From Basidiobolus meristosporus CBS 931.73 (taxonomy: Eukaryota; Fungi; Basidiobolomycota), in contig MCFE01000710.1 in assembly GCA_002104905.1 (NCBI GenBank), forward strand, positions 1 through 42,928: DNA of 42,928 nucleotides, read 5' to 3'. The notes under the pieces were generated by a model. The model had not been told where the DNA came from. It saw nothing but the letters and a program-made list of their open reading frames with translations, and did not search any database. Below, piece after piece: positions 34,866 to 42,928 of the stretch. The translations under genes and the position numbers were made by a program. The stretch's first letter is position 1, and each line of letters starts with the position of its first letter.

Positions 34866-37800
34866 TTAACGACCGAAGAATCTCTTGTAGAGAGCAGCAA
34901 CTCCACCATCGCCACTATGGTCTGAGGTGTCGTATGCACCAGCTCCTCCGTTGCCGCCATTATCTCCACCGTTGCCTCCTCCATTACCGCCGTAGCCGCC
35001 ATTACCTCCATTGCCGCCACCGTTACCGCCAGCACCGTTTCCAGTATCATAGGCACCGGCTCCTCCGTTACCACCACCATTGCCACCATTGCCTCCACCG
35101 TTGCCACCTCCGTTACCTCCATAGCCACCATTGCCACCACCATTGCCGCCATTTCCTTCACCGTTGCCACCACCGTTGCCGCCATAGCCACCATTGTCTC
35201 CACCGTTGCCACCAGCACCGTTTCCAGTATCGTAGGCACCAGCTCCACCGTTGCCACCTCCGTTGCCGCCATTGTCTGAACCATTTCCTCCACCGTTACC
35301 TCCATAGCCACCGTTCCCACCACCATTGCCGCCATTTCCTCCACCGTTGCCACCGGCACCGTTTCCAGTATCATAGGCACCAGCTCCTCCATTGCCACCA
35401 CCATTACCACCATTGTCGCCACCATTACCTCCATAGCCGCCGTTGCCACCACCGTTGCCGCCATTGTCTCCACCATTTCCTCCACCGTTACCTCCGTAGC
35501 CACCACCATTGCCGCCATTTCCACCACCGTTGCCACCAGCACCGTTTCCGGTATCATAGGCACCAGCTCCTCCGTTGCCACCATTGTCGCCACCATTTCC
35601 ACCACCGTTACCTCCATAGCCGCCGTTGCCACCACCATTACCGCCATTGTCTCCACCGTTGCCTCCACCGTTGCCACCAGCACCGTTTCCAGTATCGTAG
35701 GCACCAGCTCCTCCGTTGCCACCACCATTACCACCATTGTCGCCACCGTTACCTCCGTAGCCACCACCATTGCCCCCATTTCCACCACCGTTGCCACCAG
35801 CACCGTTTCCAGTATCGTAGGCGCCAGCTCCTCCGTTACCGCCTCCGTTACCGCCATTGTCTCCACCGTTGCCTCCACCGTTACCTCCGTAGCCACCATT
35901 GCCACCACCATTACCGCCACTTCCTCCACCGTTGCCACCAGAACCGTTTCCAGTATCGTAACCACCAGCTCCTCCGTTGCCACCACCGTTGCCGCCATTG
36001 CCACCATTGTCGCCACCATTTCCTCCACCGTTACCTCCGTAGCCGCCGTTGCCACCACCATTACCGCCATTTCCACCAGCACCGTTTCCAGTATCGTAGG
36101 CACCAGCTCCTCCGCTACCGCCTCCGTTACCGCCATTGTCGCCACCATTTCCTCCACCGTTACCTCCATAGCCGCCGTTGCCACCACCATTATCGCCATT
36201 GCCACCACCGTTGCCACCAGCACCGTTTCCAGTATCGTAGGCACCAGCTCCTCCGCTACCGCCTCCGTTACCGCCATTGTCGCCACCGTTGCCACCACCG
36301 TTACCTCCGTAGCCACCGTTGCCGCCGCCATTGCCACCACCGTTGCCACCAGCACCGTTTCCAGTATCGTAGGCACCAGCTCCTCCGCTACCGCCTCCGT
36401 TACCGCCATTGTCGCCACCATTTCCTCCACCGTTACCTCCGTAGCCACCGTTGCCGCCGCCATTGCCACCACCGTTGCCACCAGCACCGTTTCCAGTATC
36501 GTAGGCACCAGCTCCTCCGCTACCGCCTCCGTTACCGCCATTGTCGCCACCGTTGCCACCACCGTTACCGCCATTGCCACCACCGTTACCTCCGTAGCCA
36601 CCGTTGCCACCACCATTACCGCCACTTCCTCCACCGTTACCACCAGAACCGTTTCCAGTATCGTAACCACCAGCTCCTCCGTTGCCGCCACCGTTGCCGC
36701 CATTGCCACCACCGTTACCTCCGTAGCCACCATTGCCACCACCATTACCGCCACTTCCTCCACCGTTACCACCAGAACCGTTTCCAGTATCGTAACCACC
36801 AGCTCCTCCGTTGCCGCCACCGTTGCCGCCATTTCCACCACCGTTACCTCCGTAGCCACCATTGCCACCACCATTACCGCCATTTCCACCACCGTTGCCA
36901 CCAGCACCGTTTCCAGTATCGTAAGCACCAGCTCCTCCGTTACCGCCATTGTCGCCACCATTTCCTCCACCGTTACCTCCATAGCCGCCGTTGCCACCAC
37001 CATTATCGCCATTGCCACCACCGTTGCCACCAGCACCGTTTCCAGTATCGTAGGCACCAGCTCCTCCGTTACCGCCATTGTCTCCACCGTTGCCACCACC
37101 GTTACCTCCATAGCCACCATTGCCACCACCATTACCGCCACTTCCTCCACCGTTGCCACCAGAACCGTTTCCAGTATCGTAGGCGCCAGCTCCTCCGTTG
37201 CCACCACCGTTGCCGCCACCATTTCCTCCACCGTTACCTCCATAGCCGCCGTTGCCACCACCATTACCGCCATTGCCACCACCGTTGCCACCAGCACCGT
37301 TTCCAGTATTGTAGCCACCGGCTCCTCCGTTACCACCACCGTTACCGCCATTACCACCACCGTTACCACCATTGCCGCTGTGATCTGAGACATCATACGC
37401 ACCTGCACCTCCATTTCCACCACCGTTTCCTCCACCATTACCGCCACTTCCTCCGCCGTTTCCGCCAGCACCGTTTCCAGAATTGTAGGCACCAGATCCA
37501 CCGTTGCCGCCACCGTTACCGCCATTGTCGCCACCATTTCCTCCTCCGTTACCTCCATAGCCGCCGTTACCAGCACCATTGCCGCCAGCACCATTTCCAG
37601 TATCGTAGGCACCAGCTCCTCCGTTACCACCACCGTTACCACCATTGTCTCCACCGTTTCCTCCTCCGTTACCGCCATAGCCGCCATTACCTCCATTTCC
37701 TCCACCGTTACCGTTTCCTCCACCATTGCCACCGTAGCCGCCGTTTCCTCCATTGCCACCGCCATTACCACCTAATCCTCCAGAGAGGTCGCTAGTGTCA

Positions 37801-37919
37801 TAAGAGCCAACACCCCCAGCACCAGCACCAGCACCAGCATGACCAGAGCCTGAGCTTCCGGCGCCAACCGAGCAGGCAGCAGAGAGGACGAAGAGAAGGG
37901 CAGGAGCAGAGAATTTCAT
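34866..37919 (-). CDS. Secreted Gly/Asn-rich repetitive protein, 1017 aa, about 22 repeat units
   Basis: Signal peptide MKFSAPALLFVLSAACSVG, then units of (NGG/NGGG)n-YGG-(NGG)n-AGAYDTGNGAGG, ending LYKRFFGR. TATATAAG is 86 nt upstream. Confidence 0.85.
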   Translation of the reverse strand: MKFSAPALLFVLSAACSVGAGSSGSGHAGAGAGAGGVGSYDTSDLSGGLGGNGGGNGGNGGYGGNGGGNGNGGGNGGNGGYGGNGGGNGGDNGGNGGGNGGAGAYDTGNGAGGNGAGNGGYGGNGGGNGGDNGGNGGGNGGSGAYNSGNGAGGNGGGSGGNGGGNGGGNGGAGAYDVSDHSGNGGNGGGNGGNGGGNGGAGGYNTGNGAGGNGGGNGGNGGGNGGYGGNGGGNGGGNGGGNGGAGAYDTGNGSGGNGGGSGGNGGGNGGYGGNGGGNGGDNGGNGGAGAYDTGNGAGGNGGGNGDNGGGNGGYGGNGGGNGGDNGGNGGAGAYDTGNGAGGNGGGNGGNGGGNGGYGGNGGGNGGNGGGNGGAGGYDTGNGSGGNGGGSGGNGGGNGGYGGNGGGNGGNGGGNGGAGGYDTGNGSGGNGGGSGGNGGGNGGYGGNGGGNGGNGGGNGGDNGGNGGGSGGAGAYDTGNGAGGNGGGNGGGNGGYGGNGGGNGGDNGGNGGGSGGAGAYDTGNGAGGNGGGNGGGNGGYGGNGGGNGGDNGGNGGGSGGAGAYDTGNGAGGNGGGNGDNGGGNGGYGGNGGGNGGDNGGNGGGSGGAGAYDTGNGAGGNGGNGGGNGGYGGNGGGNGGDNGGNGGNGGGNGGAGGYDTGNGSGGNGGGSGGNGGGNGGYGGNGGGNGGDNGGNGGGNGGAGAYDTGNGAGGNGGGNGGNGGGYGGNGGDNGGNGGGNGGAGAYDTGNGAGGNGGGNGGDNGGNGGGNGGYGGNGGGNGGDNGGNGGAGAYDTGNGAGGNGGGNGGNGGGYGGNGGGNGGDNGGNGGGNGGYGGNGGDNGGNGGGNGGAGAYDTGNGAGGNGGGNGGNGGGNGGYGGNGGGNGSDNGGNGGGNGGAGAYDTGNGAGGNGGDNGGYGGNGGGNGEGNGGNGGGNGGYGGNGGGNGGGNGGNGGGNGGAGAYDTGNGAGGNGGGNGGNGGYGGNGGGNGGDNGGNGGAGAYDTSDHSGDGGVAALYKRFFGR
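34930..37770. repeat. Coding minisatellite of the Gly-rich gene (units about 90-180 bp; 132-bp period in the centre)
   Basis: An identical 70-nt block occurs at 36077, 36218, 36350 and 36482. Confidence 0.9.
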
Positions 37920-38004
37920 GTTGCAAAGGTATAAAAGTTTGTAAAACGAATATATTCAAGTGTTTACAAAGCACACTGATGAATGAGAGAGAGGGCAAGG
38001 GGGC

Positions 38005-38012
38005 CTTATATA
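38005..38012 (-). promoter_or_regulatory. TATA box of the Gly-rich protein gene
   Basis: TATATAAG, followed about 30 nt downstream by an initiator-like TCATCAGT. Confidence 0.55.
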
Positions 38013-38871
38013 GCATAGCGAAGGATATCGAATACTCAAATCACCCAGACGATTGGAATTACGTAGAATGGAAAATAAAATGAGCTTCACCTTTACAATA
38101 AAGATTCCCTCCTCCTGAATCCCCCACTCCCTTCGTTCTCCTGTAGATTCCCCTGAAATTGGAACATTGTTGTGAAACAAGAACATGCTCAATTGTTTAG
38201 TCATGTATGTCAATGGACTTTGGCTGTGTCTCGCAGCAACCTTTCCAAGAAATCTGCTCGCCACCATCCTGGATCGGATTTGCAGTGAAAATACTGACAT
38301 CTCCAACCATCAAGTTGCGCAGCCGACACACAGATACACGCGAACGCACATATACAAGAATCCACGCACACACATAGTATATCAGGGTGTAGAAGGGACT
38401 CTTTGACAGCAACTGGGGAGACCATTTACTTTCGAGATGTGCTCAGCGTTTCGTGAGTTGGTATGGGGGAGATTATACCGAAGGATCCGATTCAAACAAG
38501 CCTATTCATTAGGAGTGGGAGGATGGACAACCCGGTTTTTGATTGATTAGTGGGACTCCTATACACTGGCTGGATCACTGTCGCCATTCTACTTCTCGCC
38601 TTTACCTCTGCTTATGCGGAGATTTCTAGAGGGACATTGTGTGTTTGATGTTTGTGTCTGTTGGCTGCATTATTGCTCTTTTGTTTGAAAAAGGGAGGTT
38701 TCAGGATTAGCTGCTGCAACAGAAATAGGTCTGGTCTCTAAGTTTGTTGGTCAAGCTGCGGGTGGTGATCTCGATTGAGCACATTGTGGAATCAACCGAT
38801 CGGGGATTTCATTGGTGAGGTTGGAAAACACTAATTTGATTCCCTCATTTATTAACATTCCCATTCCATTA

Positions 38872-38916
38872 AATATTACTCCATGATACACTTTGAATAT
38901 TACTCCATGATACACT
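38872..38916. repeat. 21-bp direct repeat AATATTACTCCATGATACACT x2 with 24-bp period
   Basis: Read directly in the sequence. Confidence 0.9.
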
Positions 38917-39375
38917 AGATAACCATTGGAATTCAGTTTAACTTAAGATACAGGACCCGCCGCGGGCTTGGCCAATCCAAAATTATACTGATCTAAGCCC
39001 GAAGCACCGATCCGCAGACAATGGGAGCGTAAATAATCCATGAATTTCCTTAATATTCATGGAATAGAATTTGGCTTCTCCAACGTGTGTTTTTCCTTCT
39101 CCCTACTGAGCTTGCTTCGGTGTGAGTTTTCTCCCTTTTTCCAGGTCGTCAAGTTAGCAGCACCGCATTCTGCCTCCCTCAAGATACTCCTCTCGACTTG
39201 ACTTACTGCTGAATCCCCCACTGTTGTGGTAATTAAACGAGGTCAATTGGCTCAAGAAGGCTCTACGCGGGAAACGTAGAAACAGAAGCTTCCTAATTTT
39301 GTTGTTCAAAAAGAAACCCCTCCCTTGAGAAGGTTCCAACCACCCATCCGAAAGTTCTTCAACCCCTCTTTATGA

Positions 39376-40762
39376 ATGGATAGAAATACAGTGGAATTGT
39401 ACGAAACGCTCAACGTGAGCAAAACCGCCACACCCGAGGAGCTCAAGAAAGCCTATCGTAGGTTGGCGCTCAGATACCACCCCGACAAGAATCCTGATGC
39501 TGCCGACCAGGTAAACCACCCAACCCGTGCCTACAAAGTCCTACTGTAGTAACCAATTACTTGAGAATAGTTCAAGGCCATCAGCCATGCTTACGAGATT
39601 TTGAGTAAGTGCTTGCTACCCTTCAATCATCGGTTGCTCCAAACGGCTAACCTTCCTTGCAGGCGATCCGAAGAAAAGGGCGGTGTATGACAAATATGGC
39701 GAAATGGGGGTGAATATGCTCGGCACGGTCGCTGGCGCCTTCTTGGACCCAGAAATCAGTGATATGCTTTGCGTCTTCTTTGTCACCACATCGTTTTTCA
39801 TTTTGATGGTCGTGCTCTTCTGCACCTTCTTGTCGTTGAGAGTGGATCTCAAGACCCAGTGGTCGTACGCGGTTGTTTTCATTCCCCTGTGGATCATCGA
39901 CGCTATTCTTGGCTTTGTTCTTGTCGGAAGGTTCTTCAAACAACCCAAACTAGAGGAGATGGAGGAGGTGGACGGGGAGTTCGATGGACCCATCGAGGAT
40001 AGAGAGGAGCTTCTGAAGAAACGCCAACAGGTGTATCTTTTACAGAACTGCATCACGTTTGCCTACTTTGCTTTGATTGTGCTGTTCCAAATCTTCATTG
40101 TCGTGCAGCAATCTGTGCACTGGTCAACCGTGGTGACGTTCATCCCTTGGATCATTCTCGAGGCCATCAACTTTGTCCGACTCACCATCCAATTCTACAC
40201 ATCGTTGCACGCTGGTGTAAGTGAAGATGGCATGCCAGTCAGCTTGCCCCTCAATGTCAAACTCCACTTTGCTTTTGAGCATTACTGGTGGTTTGTGCTT
40301 CGCGTTCTGCTTATCATTCTGCTAGTTCTACGCATCAACGAAGATATCACTGTGAGCTGGGGTGTCGTGTTTATTCCGTTATACCTAGTTGGCGTGCGCT
40401 ACTTGGTGTGGATCGTAAGTGCCTATACGAAGCTTCGACGAATCGACGTTGAAGAGGCAAGACAGCAGAGCAAGGCCCTCCTCATCTTAGGTGTATTGGT
40501 GTTCGTTGTTTTCGGCACATTGTTCTATGCCTTGGTTGGTTTGCTTGCCAGAAAGCTGGACAGCAACTCGGTGACCCTGGCTGTCGTGTTCATCCCAATC
40601 TTCATTGTGTTAACTCTGGCATTCTGCTGTTCAGCGTGCTGCTTACCTTGTATTCTCCTTAATCCGCCCATGGAGGACTCCGAAAACGGAACCACCGGTC
40701 TGCTTCGAGTCGTTTCCCCTGATCGCAGAATCACCTACTCGTCCAATTCCACCACTGTATGA
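39376..40762 (+). CDS. DnaJ (J-domain) protein fused to a TMEM185/FAM11-like multipass membrane region; 3 exons
   Basis: [25 protein letters not shown] (HPD motif), [19 protein letters not shown], four W..VFIPL-type repeats, and a C-terminal CCSACCLPC. Confidence 0.85.
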
Positions 40763-41429
40763 TTCGATTTCGTTCAGAGTTTTGGCCATTCTCTTTTTGA
40801 TCCCTCTCCTGCATTATCCTAATCTTGTTCAATGAGGCAGCCATTTTCTAAATTAAACTATGTAATGCTGTTGCGTACAATTCCTTCAACTGGACTCAAA
40901 TAACGTATGCATATTTCTTGTGGAATTTCGCAAAATTATGATGAACGATATAAGAAAATAGCACAGCAATATAAGGGCTAAATCATAACTAATAAGCAGC
41001 TCAGGGACTAAACTCAATCATTGGTATGTAGAGAATATAGAGAAGTGATGGCTATGTAGTATTCAGGACACTGTGCATTCTGAAGGGAGAAGGTAATGCT
41101 TGAAGGAGCGATTTGTTTATAGCGGTAACAAGTGGAATACGATGCTCTGACGTTTCCGACTTGAGTTTTTGTGAGCTGAAGACATTACAATGACAATGTG
41201 ATAAAGTAGATGAAGGAAAGTGAGCAAAGATAGATTAGTTTTAGGAACAACTTTGACCAAGCACCTATTCTCAAGATATGTAGCAGTATCCACTTTCCTA
41301 CTGACTTCCCAGGTCTTAGTTCACTTGACCAGCGTCCATAAATATATGAATATTCGAAGTTTCGGATTCATGTAATATTTGATATACACAAACGCCAGTT
41401 TATATATTGAGAATAGAAACACTACTAGC

Positions 41430-42478
41430 AAGGCATTTAGTTGTACTCCCAGAACTGATACAATATACTTCATGAATTCCATATCTTTCTCTACCTGAGC
41501 TCGGTCTAGCATATATTCGCGGAAACCAAGGGGGTCGGTATTCTTAATCTTCCAGATAGGCTTCCGTTCTGCTGTTCCTGGAGACCGAGTATCAGACATG
41601 AGATTCTTTCGCACATCATAAGAGGTCAACCAGCTGACGTAGAGCTTTGCTCCTGCTGGATCCATCGCCTTTTTGAAGATGGCTCCTGTTTGCGCCTAGG
41701 ATTGGAATAGTGCTTTGAATGGTGTCAAAGAGCCACTGTTTGTAAAACTGGCCAAGGATATCCCGTTTTTAATGTAGAATCCTGAATTTACTATTCCACG
41801 AACAGCCAGCGGTTTTTGGGTAAGGAAGGCCTTGAACCATTTAAGGCCATTCTGCTTGATAAGTCGCTTGAATTGATAGTGAACCGCATCATCATTGTGA
41901 GGATAAGTATAGATGATTTTCCCTCCTTTGAGGTTTGGGCTCAAGCCATCTTTGGCTGTTCCCTATAAGATTGGGGAAGTAAAGGGTTTGGTCGCCCAGT
42001 GGCACTCTTCCTTTTTTTTTCACGGTGCGTAGGTGTGTTTAAAACCGGCAGGTTTGTACCTATTAGAGTTTGAGCATTCATTCTATCATCGAGAGGGTTT
42101 AGAAGTTTCCTTTAATAAGGCTCCTTGTTCCTTCCGGCGAGAGAAATCATGCAAGGTTTGTAAGTGGGGGACATCAGGCTCCAAAGCGTCCCCGCCCTAA
42201 GCAAGCTGGGAGTCAATCAATACATTATGATGCTTGCTAGGATCAGTAGTAATATTGAGGGTTGTCCCAGGAAACTTGCTTTCAAATGCTTTGACCACAT
42301 CAGCACCTGCATTCTGTAGATCCCCTCTAGTAAAGACAGTTATCATGCCACCCTCGGCAAAGTAAAGTCGTTGAAGCTCGGCCTCCTCCCTCTTTAAATG
42401 CTATGGCTTAGCATCCGACTCGGAAGGAAGAAGTAATGCAACGGCAACAAATAAATAAAATGGGAGAGGAAACTTCAT
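41430..42478 (-). pseudogene. Pseudogene of a secreted bacterial-type ABC Fe3+/AfuA-like (periplasmic-binding fold) solute-binding protein; 3' end approximate
   Basis: Signal peptide MKFPLPFYLFVAVALLLP, then EGGMITVF..GD, FESKFPGTTLNITTD, LQTLHDF, YKPAGF, KIIYTYPHNDDAV, S*AQTGAIFK, AGAKLYVSWL, DRAQVE. Five in-frame stops (42403, 42199, 42022, 41965, 41698) and an apparent GT>GG dead donor at 42110. Confidence 0.8.
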
Positions 42479-42726
42479 TGTTGAGTCGCAGTAAACCCAA
42501 GATTGCCTTACCGTTTTATAGAAGTCTGGTGCAACAAACTCTAAACCGTGTTGTCAGCTCAAGGTTAGCAAGAACCCAGATATTCGGTGCGTCAGCTTTC
42601 CTAGTATGGAATATGGGGTTAATAAAGCCTGAATATTCATGTTTTCGATGCTAAAGCCTAAATAGGCTAATTTATCCAACCTACCGTTCCATTAGTAATT
42701 CATACCAATTATATTATGGATCGCAT

Positions 42727-42872
42727 TCAGATAATATATATAATGTATCGAGCCACAAGGGTACTCAACTTCAAGTAGGGATGCATATACTGCCATTCAG
42801 GCCAATCTACCAGATATTGTTCTTCGTTTTCAGACAACTTCCTGGCAATCCGTTTCCCCTTGATTGCCGCGG
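42727..42872 (-). CDS. Possible terminal exon of a gene extending beyond the window
   Basis: A CTCTAACCAG acceptor is followed by 47 open codons, AAIKGKRIARKLSENEEQYLVDWPEWQYMHPYLK...; no family recognised. Confidence 0.3.
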
Positions 42873-42928
42873 CTGGTTAGAGTTGGAAGGTAGACTTGTG
42901 ACGATGCGCGGGAGAGCAATCAGTTTTT

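Noticed and set aside
34814-37795. Two extra ~985-aa ORFs over the Gly-rich gene (His/Arg/Cys-rich on +, Val/Ala/Met-rich on -)
   Set aside because: These are shadow frames. The AAY/GGN codon repeat rarely generates stops in them, and only the Gly-rich frame has a signal peptide, a good start context and a TATA box.
41696-41698. TAG at a Trp position as A-to-I stop-codon-correcting editing or TAG reassignment
   Set aside because: Four other stops and a dead splice donor are also present, and intact genes here (cyclin, AzgA, PMP3, SmD3) use TAG as stop. Pseudogenisation is simpler.
18910-42478. A polyamine/cation homeostasis gene cluster (ABC transporter, antizyme, PMP3, SBP)
   Set aside because: These genes are interspersed with unrelated housekeeping genes (CIT1, SmD3, Sec24) and share no regulatory motif I can see.
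1-42928. tRNA/rRNA/snRNA genes, transposons, CRISPR arrays
   Set aside because: None were recognisable by eye. Small structured RNAs cannot be excluded without tRNAscan-SE/Infernal.

Overview
Gene-dense (about 18 genes in 43 kb) eukaryotic window. It is most likely from an early-diverging fungus (Zoopagomycota/Mucoromycota-like; inference from the short 50-125 nt GT-AG introns with CTAAC-type branch points and from the gene families). Recognisable genes, left to right: mitochondrial ribosomal protein L3 (partial), PAQR/IZH receptor, LEA_2-like type II membrane protein, Pho85-type cyclin, DUF3712/Tag1-like protein, AzgA purine permease, SLX4, a small orphan, an IER/SERTA-like protein, an intronless PDR ABC transporter, ornithine decarboxylase antizyme (two ORFs joined by a +1 frameshift at UUU-UGA), mitochondrial citrate synthase, Sm D3, Sec24C/D-like, PMP3 (missed by the ORF track), a 1017-aa secreted Gly/Asn-rich repeat protein, a DnaJ-TMEM185-like membrane protein, and a pseudogene of a bacterial-type Fe3+/AfuA-like solute-binding protein. 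Most notable are: (i) the antizyme recoding cassette with putative nascent-peptide modules, a possible 3' pseudoknot and a ~510-nt AUG-free upstream region; (ii) a fungal protein whose N-terminus aligns without gaps to the metazoan IER5 PP2A-B55-binding helix-loop-helix; (iii) the silk/PE_PGRS-like secreted polyglycine protein; (iv) the dead bacterial-type SBP gene. All family assignments come from motif recognition by eye, not database searches.
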